A stretch of DNA of 64,000 nucleotides. Origin: Antedon mediterranea (Eukaryota > Animalia > Echinodermata). The translations under genes were made by a program, and so were the position numbers. The DNA lies in contig NC_092680.1 of assembly GCF_964355755.1 (NCBI RefSeq), forward strand, positions 12,533,045 through 12,597,044, read 5' to 3'. The notes below the pieces were generated by a model that was given only the letters and a program-made list of their open reading frames with translations, was not told the DNA's origin and did no database searches. Positions 1 through 10,175 of this stretch are shown here, piece by piece; the first letter of the stretch is position 1; the number at the start of each line of letters is the position of its first letter.

Positions 1-901
1 CAATCTCTTCCTCACATTTTTTAAACAATGTATCGGCTGCTCCTTTATCAAGAAGTTGAAGGTAATCACAGTCTAAATTTTCCCCTATTATCTTTTGCAC
101 CGATAACTTATCAGGGGGTAGCAATTGATGTTCTGAATTGAATAAACGTCCTCCATTATCGCTTTTGTCAACAGTAGCCGCATTATCATTACTAACCTCC
201 TCAATCATCTTTTGTATTTCACAGTGTTTTTCAATTATCTTGAACCACTGACTCTTTGGAAGGTTTACACCTTTTTTACCGGGTTTAAACTTGCCTCCTT
301 CTTCAGACTGGTAATAGCGGCGAATACACACAAATTGTTCTTCTTTCCAGTTACTAACTACCACATGAATTATGTCCGAAAGTGGGATTCTTACTGCCTC
401 CACCATGTTAATGTCTCTTTGTAAGTCTTCCAGTGCCTGAATAATTAAATCAATATTGTTGAAAAGTTTTTGCCACAGCAGAACGGGTAAATTAATACCT
501 AGAGGTCCAGGTTTGAAGGCACCATATTCTTCCGTTTGGTAATACTCTCTGAGACAAACATAAACATCGTCACCCCATCGTTGGGCCACTACATGGCGTT
601 TTTTAGACAAGAAAATCCGATTCTTTGAAGTTATGGAAATCTTTGGTACACCATCGGTCATTACGGCAAAATCTCGGGCGCTCATTCCTAAGGCTTTACT
701 CAAACCTTTACACTCATCTGTTTGACCGTTAAAAGATTTTATAGAATCCATTATATTCGCTGATGTAGAAGCCATCGTTGGTAATTTTAAACTGCTACAC
801 TCGTCAGTTTGACCATTAGAACTCCCCATAACTCTTTTCATAGTCCTACGGGCTTTCTCACCAATTGCCAATTTCGGAGTAGGTAAACAGTTGAAACTCA
901 T
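1..901 (-). CDS. Tandem PC4 (Sub1/p15-like ssDNA-binding) domains fused to the N-terminal part of an ALKBH2-like 2OG-Fe(II) dioxygenase; 3'-truncated by the window edge (300 aa visible)
   Basis: Stop-free frame from ATG 901 to the edge. PC4-1: IFLSKKRHVVAQRWGDDVYVCLREYYQTEEYGAFKPGPLGINLPVLLWQKL. PC4-2: IPLSDIIHVVVSNWKEEQFVCIRRYYQSEEGGKFKPGKKGVNLPKSQWFKI. It ends IIGENLDCDYLQLLDKGAADTLFKKCEEEI, matching recalled ALKBH2 IRAEGLDCSYTVLFGKAEADEIFQELEKEV. Confidence 0.85.
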   Translation of the reverse strand, partial: MSFNCLPTPKLAIGEKARRTMKRVMGSSNGQTDECSSLKLPTMASTSANIMDSIKSFNGQTDECKGLSKALGMSARDFAVMTDGVPKISITSKNRIFLSKKRHVVAQRWGDDVYVCLREYYQTEEYGAFKPGPLGINLPVLLWQKLFNNIDLIIQALEDLQRDINMVEAVRIPLSDIIHVVVSNWKEEQFVCIRRYYQSEEGGKFKPGKKGVNLPKSQWFKIIEKHCEIQKMIEEVSNDNAATVDKSDNGGRLFNSEHQLLPPDKLSVQKIIGENLDCDYLQLLDKGAADTLFKKCEEEI

Positions 902-1063
902 GTTTATAGACTGTAGAGAGTTACAGAGAGTGAAACGAACGATTACGCTTGAATCAGGATGTATATGCAGCTCAGTAGGGAAGTAGCCCAGTACAGTAAT
1001 TAAAAAGATAATGATTGTTATTTCCGGTCAATCGTTTCCGTGACACGTGCGATCAAACACAAT

Positions 1064-1618
1064 TTAAATATCCTCGCACAACAGCTTAAAAATAGCCTCT
1101 GAATTAATCAGGGTATTGACAAGAAAATAAACGAAATGTCTATACCGAGGCAATGAATATTCTCCTTGCATATTTAGTTCGTTGTAAACGGTATCGACTG
1201 AAACATACTTCTTATCCAGAACCTCCCGATAAAAATAGTCAATCTGTTCTTCTAGAGACTTCATACAACAGAAATCATGATCTTTTTGACTGCTCCTGTC
1301 AAATTCACAACCATAACAAGCCGCTTTACTTAAAACCCAACACTTGGCTAACACTTGAGCAGCAAACAATTGTTTAACCAAACGCTCCATTTTCAACAAA
1401 AATTCTCTCTCCACCTCGTCCACGTACGTAAATATACAACTTGTAGGCCTGTTACTCCTCTCGACTCCTTCATCTATACCGGCGGGGATAACCTCTTCGG
1501 CCGCCGTGTAACGATCATCTATATCACTGCCTGGAACAACAACAGTATCCTCATCATCGCTAATTATTATAACAGTATCTACACAACTCCCTTGCGAAAA
1601 ATATATACTTCCAGACAT
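1064..1618 (-). CDS. Hypothetical 184-aa protein with acidic N-terminus and a CxGCx5SQx2Hx2C putative zinc-binding motif (Polinton accessory-like)
   Basis: Intronless ORF from the track with motif CYGCEFDRSSQKDHDFCC. Co-oriented with and 162 bp upstream of the PC4-AlkB ORF, next to the terminal repeat array. Confidence 0.7.
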   Translation of the reverse strand: MSGSIYFSQGSCVDTVIIISDDEDTVVVPGSDIDDRYTAAEEVIPAGIDEGVERSNRPTSCIFTYVDEVEREFLLKMERLVKQLFAAQVLAKCWVLSKAACYGCEFDRSSQKDHDFCCMKSLEEQIDYFYREVLDKKYVSVDTVYNELNMQGEYSLPRYRHFVYFLVNTLINSEAIFKLLCEDI

Positions 1619-1788
1619 AATGAAATACTGTAAAGAGATACTCTACGCAAAGATAGGCAAAACAACTGGAAAATAGTACAGCAATAGCCGCTTCACTTTG
1701 TTTCACCGTCTTAAATCGTAAATAAAGTAATGACGTCACTCACCACGTACCAGAACATCGCGCCAAAAATTAATAAATAAGAGACAAA

Positions 1789-2342
1789 GAAACACCTGGC
1801 GGAAATTACATATCTATTGCGAAACTACCAGGAAATACACCAAGGCCAACTTTGGGCTGAAGTACCAGGAAATGAACGACCTTCATTAGAAACATCTGGT
1901 GGAAATTATATAACTATTACGTAACTACCAGGAAATACACCAAGGCCAACCTTGGGCTGAAGTACCAGGAAATGAACGACCTTCATTAGAAACACCTGGC
2001 GGAAATTATATAACTATTACGTAACTACCAGGAAATACACCAAGGCCAACCTTGGGCTGAAGTACCAGGAAATGAACGACCTTCATTAGAAACATCTGGT
2101 GGAAATTATATAACTATTACGTAACTACCAGGAAATACACCAAGGCCAACCTTGGGCTGAAGTACCAGGAAATGAACGACCTTCATTAGAAACACCTGGC
2201 GGAAATTATATAACTATTACGTAACTACCAGGAAATACACCAAGGCCAACCTTGGGCTGAAGTACCAGGAAATGAACGACCTTCATTAGAAACACCTGGC
2301 GGATATTACGTAATCAGGAAATACACCAAGGTCGGGTCTGAA
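1789..2342. repeat. 100-bp tandem repeat (~5.5 copies) in the subterminal region
   Basis: AACA(C/T)CTGG(C/T) recurs at 1791, 1891, 1991, 2091, 2191 and 2291. Each unit holds the hairpin CCAAGG-CCAA-CCTTGG and two ACCAGGAAAT motifs. Confidence 0.97.
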
Positions 2343-2521
2343 GTATCACTATTACTACTGGCAATGGTAAAGAATAGGCCGTGCTGAGTAACGATTCGTT
2401 GATTTTGGTGTTGCTGTGTTAGGCCTTTTTTGTGAACTAATTTAGCCTGTTAGTAAATAACTGTCTGTAAAAGTGAATGTACACTAGTTTGTTAATAAAT
2501 ATGTATTATAAAATAGTTTAC

Positions 2522-2556
<35 letters not shown>

Positions 2557-2900
2557 TATCATAATTCTATTTAATGTGACATGTACAATATCTATTAAAT
2601 CAAGTCTTATTTAGTATGTATACATCCGCCCTTATGAGGGCGGGCATCACTCTCTGGAGCTCTCTGTTACAAATTTCTCATGCAAAAATCGCGGAATACT
2701 CATTCTTGTTATATATATTCTTTGACGATAGTCGAATTTCAACTTCAACGCGTTTAAAACGACAGCAGCGAAGGCTTCGCACGCAAATTTTCAAAAGTTG
2801 AACCGTGGTCAACTTTTTGAGGCGTCGCGAGCGCGGTTCGCGTTCGTCAACCAATCAGAACTCAGGAATATCTCTCATCGACGACACCGACGGCAAAAAA

Positions 2901-5730
2901 ATGGTGGCTGACGAGCGAGGTCTTTATGGAAAGAGTGTTGACAAAGTGCGAGGCAGCGAGGCACGCGCGGCATGCCAAATATTTGTGCGAGGCATCATTT
3001 TATCATTTCCAAAAGTGCGAGGCATGCGAGGCATATAGTTTACAATTTCAAAAAGGTGCGAGGCATATCTTAACGTGCTATTATGCTATATTATAGGCCT
3101 AATAATCAATCGATACAAGGGTATCTAAATAGATTCGTGTATACACTCATCATGTTGTTTATTTTTATGTAACGATTGTTTTTTCATTCAAGTCATATCG
3201 TGTCAAATTTTACTTTTACAAAAGTGCCCAAACTACGGTTCAAAAATCTGAACGACAGTCTTCAACTTTCGATAAACAATAATTGTATAGCGACACACTC
3301 ATCAAATGACTGCAATGTTTGTTGGCATTTCGAGCGTGTTTACTCACATGTCTCTCGAACATAGCAGAGTGAAAATAATATTTTGTCACACCCCTGCGCC
3401 TAGATCCGGTAGACCCGAGAGATGGAAAATCCCTCTTTACTATTTAGCAGGTAGCGGAATGATTCAGCCCCCCTCAGCTCAGAGGATTGTGGTGCATTCC
3501 CCTCCTATAGCACGTGGTTTCAGCAGCAACGCACAGACTTCTCTCTGAGCGGCGTGCCAAAGACATTTTTGACATTCCATTCTCTAGGAACAACACGTGT
3601 ACCTCTCTCGCAAATAAGGTGAACAGCGATTGCCAGGACAAGTTCAATAACTGGCGGTGAATAAAAGGTAACTGATATGCCGATCCAATAACATGCCGCA
3701 AAGAAAAAAATTGCGACAGAATTCTGGAGCGCGTGTGAAAAAAGACTTACGTCCGACAATTGTAATACTAGGCCTAAAATTAAACTTTAGCTAATATGCT
3801 TAGCCCTAACCTAGATAAGAGGCCTATGTAGAAAATAATTTAATCAATTTTGATAAAATAATAATTAGTGTAATATTTAATAATGATACACTATTCCTGT
3901 TTTAGTAAGCTAGGTAGGCTATATTACGAACGATTTTTATTTATTGTTGTCCATGTACGTACTAATAAACCTGGCGCTAGTTTCCTTCGCTTGTATTTTT
4001 ACTCCAAATTTGATAACTAACTTTATCGTGTGAATACCACACCTTAGAAGTATACCTCATGAGTACTTTAATGAAAGAATCACATAAAAAGTAACAAATA
4101 AATCCTTAAATTAATGATTTTACAGGCGTGTTTCTCGCACACTGTTCGCGAATTTCACTTATTCAATGTTCAATATTTTTGTTTCTATGGAGCGCCAAAA
4201 GAGCAACGATAATAGAGGACTAAAACTCAGTGGAATGCGTCAATTTCTCATGCATTTATTGGTGAAAAACACGTTTTATTTCAATATATTTGTTAATTTG
4301 TCAATAAAAATGTTGTAATATGTTACTGCTGATACTGTTCTGTTTTCAAAGAATAATAATCGATCCTAAATCAACATCACTACCTAGTCTAGACCTAGGA
4401 CATCCTACTAAGGATATTATGATGAATTTTTCTATTTTATTCTTTAAAAGGTTAACGAAACCGTGTACATTATCAACAGTAACATTTTTCCTTACTGACA
4501 GTGACAAAATCTATTGAAATTGTACTTGATTTTCACCAAATAATGCGTTAAATATAAATGGATTCCACAGAGTTTTTAGCCCTCTAATTAATTTTGCTCT
4601 TTTGGCGTTCCATAGAAACCAAAATATTGAACATTGAGTGTGCGAAATGCGAGAAAAACAACGTCTGTAAAATCACCAATTTAATGGATTTATTGTTACT
4701 TTTATGTGATTTTTCTTCATTAAAGTAGGCCTACTAATTCTAAGCTGTGGTATTCAGGATAAAGCCTTGGTTAAAATACAAGGCAGGTGCAAAAGGAAAC
4801 TAGCCTAGCGGGCCTAGGCCTAGGCTACTTCAATTTCGGTGATTTCCTGCCTTGCAATTTTGAGAAATGATAAAATGATGCCTCGCATTTTTTGATGATG
4901 GTAAAACGATGCCTCGCATAAATTTCTGACTTGCCTCGCATGCCTTCCCTGCCTCGCGTGCCTCGCACTTTGTTACTACCCTTATGGAAATACTTTGTCA
5001 TTACCCTTCTTGTCTTTACGATAAGGGAAGTAAGTCATACACAGACAGAAACATAAGGATTAATGCATGAAGACAATAATTTCAGACAAACATAACATCT
5101 GTGTAGAAGAATGCCAGAAAAACTAGGCCTAAAACGCGTCAGAGATCAATTTGTAAAGTGAGTTGGCAAGCCTTCTATTCTATTTCTAGCCTACCTAGGC
5201 CTAGCTTTAGGCCATACTATCGCCTAGCTAGGCCTACCTAGGCTAGGCTACATATACCCTAGTAGGCTAGGCCATGCCAAGTAGTACTTATAGGCCTACA
5301 TAATACTTACTAATCCCTACTAGTACTAGTCTACTATGTGCTAGGCCAGGCCTAGCCTAGGCCTAGGTTAAGCCTACTACTAAATATGATGAGTACAGTA
5401 CTAGGCTAGGCCTAGGCTACTTATTATTATTAATTAATATTTATAGGCCTAATATTTAGTTGATTTAGTGTTGTAAGGCTAGGATAGGCCTAGTGGTAAT
5501 ATTAATACATAAATACTGTTGTTTTTGTTTCTTTTAGGTCAATTAGATGAACATTGATAAATGGGACCCTTCAGGCTATTACCTGCGTTACAAACTCCAC
5601 CAATGACCAAGCTAGTAGTTTAAGCGGCCAGTATATTATTGCCATGGAATTAAGAGCAATTGCTCCTCAAAAACGTGGACTGGCAATTATGAGGCTGATA
5701 CAGGTTTGTATAGACTTTTTTCAAATGGGT
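2901..5730 (+). pseudogene. Decayed MADF (Myb/SANT-like) gene of a probable PIF/Harbinger element, split by a MULE-type MITE
   Basis: Joining across the 2933-4981 insertion gives EVFMEILCHYPSCLYDKGSKSYTDRNIRINA*...ISDKHNICVEECQKN*...RVRDQFV (MADF pattern with stops and frameshifts). A BESS-like GQYIIAMELRAIAPQKRGLAIMRLIQV lies near 5630-5710. A Harbinger-like end ...GGTGTGCACCGGCCT|TAA is at ~7171. Confidence 0.55.
2933..4981. mobile_element. Non-autonomous MULE/MuDR-type DNA transposon containing an internal fold-back MITE (~3976-4803)
   Basis: 9-bp TSD TTATGGAAA (2924-2932 and 4982-4990). TIRs GAGTGTTGACAAAGTGCGAGGCA / GGGTAGTAACAAAGTGCGAGGCA, with subterminal TGCGAGGCA repeats at both ends. 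Confidence 0.85.
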
Positions 5731-8700
5731 ATGTCAGTTGGTGACATACATTGGCCAGAAAAAATTATTTGAGCAATATGCCTTACTATAGCAATTTTTT
5801 AATACTTATTTCATTTTTTTTTATAGAAAATGGAAGAGATTAAGGATGAGTTGGACTGTAACTAGTATTTATTAAGTGGTTATAGAAGGAAAGCTGAACT
5901 GAATGTCTTTTTTTAGCAATAGAGAACACATGGAAATATATGTATATGTTTTGTTATACTCCAATACTAAAAAAAATAGTCAAATTGGCTGCCAGCTAAT
6001 GGAATTTTGTGAAAAAAAATGTGAAAACATAAATTTTTGGAGTTTTTTTTTCTATGTAAGTGATTAACTTTGTTAAAACTACAAAATGTCCTATTCAAAT
6101 TTGATTTTAATCATCTTCATTTTTCATGATTCTATGGGACAATACATCTTTAAGTTTAGTTTCATTTTTTGGACAAGATATATTGTCTTCCTGAAAATAT
6201 AATTTAATTTAAAACATTTTCGTTGTGTGTAATACAGTATAACACTTTAGGTTAGTTATTCACTTTTAACAATAATAATATTTCTTCAATTTTCATTTTT
6301 TTTTGGATGATACATTTTAAATTTATTATTTTGCGAAAGTATTCAGGAGTAGTAAAAAATAAAATCTGGTTGATATTTAATGATACCTTTAAAAACAATG
6401 ATTCACTATTTAAATAAGTGTATTTATTTGAAAAAAAAGTCATAAGATAATATACAGTGTAAATATGAGTTTGGGATATTTATTACATTTAATCAAATGA
6501 GAAAAAAACTGTATGTTTTGTCATGAATAATATAATATTTAATAATAATTAGAAAATGAATGTGAAAACTTTACATTAATATATAGGCCTATAGTTTATA
6601 TTTGAAAGTGACAAACCCATGAAGATTCCCAGTTCGTGTTTATATGAAATGTTTTATATGGTTATAATAACCTCTGTTGAAAGATATTTGTAACACCACT
6701 AATAAATACAGTCAGCAGATCACATGTACGTGTAATCAACATGCAATAAATGCTTTAATTCTTGTAACTGTATTGATATTGGATACATCTTCTTCTGTCC
6801 TTGTGATATATACATACAATCATGCACATTTCAGGCTTTGGAAAAGGATAACATTTTCCCACCAAAACCAAACACTGTGATTGGTGTAACCAGGGAAGAG
6901 TTAAATTACATTTTAATTTAACTCTTCTCTGGTTAAACTTACATAGGAAATACTTCAGAGTCATCTTCTCTGATTATTTTAAATGTAGCATTGTATTATT
7001 GGCCAACCCACTATCTCCTAGGCCTAGCAATCGCGACGAATCAGCACATCGTTTAGTGGGAACCGACAAGAAAAACTAATAGACGCATGACAATTCAACT
7101 TTCAAAGCGATCCGTCGAATGACGCGTGACGCATAACGCTTCGCGGCTTCGCGTTCGGTGTGCACCGGCCTTAAGGCCGGCCACGCGCAGCCGCGACCGC
7201 GTGAAAATTGAAAAAGTTACGGGTTTTGACGCTTAAACCCAGCCTAGGACCTACTTTCGTTGATATCTTAATCTAGGCTTACACTAAAGACAAACATTAA
7301 ATTTAATTGGTTTAATATTATAATTTAATTTAACTTACACTTGTTTTTTTTTTAAATATCAGACCTTAAAAGTGTACAAAAAAGGTGAAAAACATCGTCG
7401 CGTTGTAAACATTCAAGAATTGTCAGCGCGTACCTATTTTTTCACAAACTGCAATGACGTAATTTGTGGACCATAATAATGATTGGTCAGTTTTAACGAT
7501 CGTAATCGTTAACGATTTAAGATTTTAACGATTTTCAACGTTAATTTTTCCCCCCTCTTCCTGTTAAATCGTTGAATATGTCAACTCAACGTCGACAGGA
7601 AAACAGGCTTAAAATTTAAAAAAAATGTCTCCTCGGATCATCTGTAGGCCTACCCTCTGTACGCATAACGCCTGGGTTTCGACCCGACACTTGACAGTCA
7701 CCAACGGATTCCCGCGGATATAAAATTTACCTACGTCTAAGGCAAAGATTGAACAGTTTGTGTAATTGAACCAAAATGTCTATATAAACCCAAACAATTA
7801 TGACTTAAACAACAAACTTTAACAGAATTAGAATAGTATGACGTATTTTTGTATACTTTCTTAAAACAATATAAAGTTAGTTGCAGGGCTAAATACCGGA
7901 GCAGTTTTTTTTTATCATAGGCCTACAGAAATATCATCAGACCCCTTCGCGAAACGCATGGTTTTGTCAAATGACTACGCGGTTAGTGTCTCTTCGTGGT
8001 GTGTCGCTGCGCTGACGATAATATTTATGATCAATTTAGAACAACTCCGAAAGTGGAATACTGTAAAAATTCAAAAATATATATAGAAAATATGGTAGGC
8101 CTACTGCAGGTAAAGGAATTCACCTACAGCCTACAGCAATCGTAGTATCTACGACGTAAAAATGTTCTTGTGTACATTGCAGCAGCATTGTGATCAGTGA
8201 CGCACACTTGTTGTATCTTGACGAGTTTAAGCAAACATGCACGTAAACTATCTTCATAATAATTCAGTATACATTTCTGTTTGCTTTGCTCTTGACCCTT
8301 TCACGATCAGAGACTTGCTTTTCACTAAAAGGCCTACAATACCAATCTAACTCAGTTCTTATAGTGCTAACCAGAATTAAAACTTAGTTCCCACTAGGAC
8401 GTAACGCACGGATATAAACACAACGCGACAACGTTGACAAGCGACAGTTAGATTTAATCCATCGCTTGTGATTGGTGTTGCGGCTCTAGTGGGAATCAAG
8501 CATTGAATACTGTAGTGTATAGATTTGTTATATGCCTGTCTACCTGCACAGGTAAACATAACACGAAAATCAATCTGCTTAAAAAAAACCGGTAGTTTGC
8601 CCTTGAAATTAGTATGTTCCCTGTTATATATTATTATTTACGGTTTATTTATTCCGGTTCCTTTACAACTTGTAAAACTGAAGTACAGTTAAGTAATCTT

Positions 8701-10175
8701 AAAATAAAACCATATCATTATAACCTTTATTCCCGCCTTTATTCCACAATTAAATATGCACTTATGTGAAAGGGCACAATTGAACCGTGAAAACCAAGTT
8801 AATCCTTATTATCCACTTTTAAAATACAATCATACACCGTGACCTTATTCCTAATGGGTGCAGTGATGTTTAGACAGTGTCAAAACAAGTTATAAGCCAA
8901 AATAAGTCTGAAATGGTGGCCATTTTGTTTTTCACATTCTAAGGGTGAAGATCTAAAAATTTAATAAAACAGCATACTTGAATTCAGCACCCCAAAATAG
9001 CCCTTTTACAGCATTTCATTTTTCTCAAATGTGGACTAGGGGCCTATTCTAGTTCACAAAACAGAATCTTTGGTGTTTTGAATTCCCCCAAATTGTTTAA
9101 ATTATAGCCTAGTTATAAGATATTATTGAATTTTTTAAAACATTTTTGAAACAAATTTCTGTAGGCCCCAACGAGAATTAAAACCAAAAGAAGCGCATAG
9201 TTGTTTTTTGTTGTTGTTTTTGACATACGTTGATATAGTCACTGATGGCACAGAAAATAGGAAAGATAGGGCAAAACTGAACTAAAGTATTATATAGATG
9301 ACATATTGGAGAAAATCAATGTCTTTATGATTGTTTCTAGCGATAACATCACTCTGTATACGTAAAATTAGAATCTGACATTTACCTCTAAGAAGTTTTC
9401 AATGACTATTGGGACCATGGCCGCGGAAAATTTATATTGTAGTAAATATATGAAATAATATTCCGAAATTAGTAATATTAACTTAGGTATAACTTATTGA
9501 GTCTAAACCAATTAGAAACTGAATAATTTGATATAATGTTGTTTTATTGAAGAAAAAAACCCGTTGAATGTTTCATGTTCTCTCGGTTTTTTACACCAGC
9601 CTTACAAACCCCACACCCTGCTTTTACAGTAGTAAAGTGGTTTAATAATAACCACAACTATGTTTTGTTTTTTTTAGAAGAAAAGCAAAGCATCATCTAA
9701 ACGTGTAGAAATGAGCACTGAACCATGACGATGTTGGTATGGACTGGATCCCAAAGTACATAGTAAGTACAAACTCCGTTGACTATTTACATTTTACATC
9801 AAAAAACAATTAGAGAGAGTACTAAAAATTAACCTGGAATGATTTTGAATACTATTACATCATATGTATTACGTCACCCCATGACCCATTACATTAAATT
9901 TTTTTTTCAAACTTGCATACTATATTATGAAAAATGAATGCCATAAACCGGTTACTTTCAGTTCATCATCATTTCATCTTATCCAACTTATTATTACAGT
10001 ACTATTAACTTTCACTGGCTTAAAAGAATGCTGTGGACGCCATACCTACTTCAACAACAAACAAATATCTATCCCTCTCAGAAATGGTGTGTAAAGTCGA
10101 ACTTTAATGGAGTCCGGTTTCTCTTTAAAAAACATTGTAGTACTAAGAATCCATATTTAATAGACATGCGGATAT

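Larger units (their letters stand above)
1..2359. mobile_element. Terminal segment of a probable Polinton/Maverick (endogenous dsDNA virus-like) element, continuing off the left edge
   Basis: Ends in ...TCACTATTACTACT at 2359 (reverse complement AGTAGTAATAGT, the (AGT)n-type Polinton terminus). Has a subterminal 100-bp tandem array and compact intronless ORFs reading inward. No core Polinton gene (pPolB, integrase, capsid) lies in the window, so the family call is an inference. Confidence 0.65.

Noticed and set aside
212-424. Plus-strand ORFs 212-424, 1153-1377 and 1355-1633
   Set aside because: Shadow frames antisense to the real minus-strand genes.
1789-2342. CRISPR-like array
   Set aside because: Units are contiguous 100-bp near-identical repeats with no unique spacers and no cas genes; the context is eukaryotic.
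5180-5420. CTAG/AGGCCT-rich palindromic tract (also ~22940-23080)
   Set aside because: Low-complexity simple repeat seen repeatedly in this window; no specific function can be supported.
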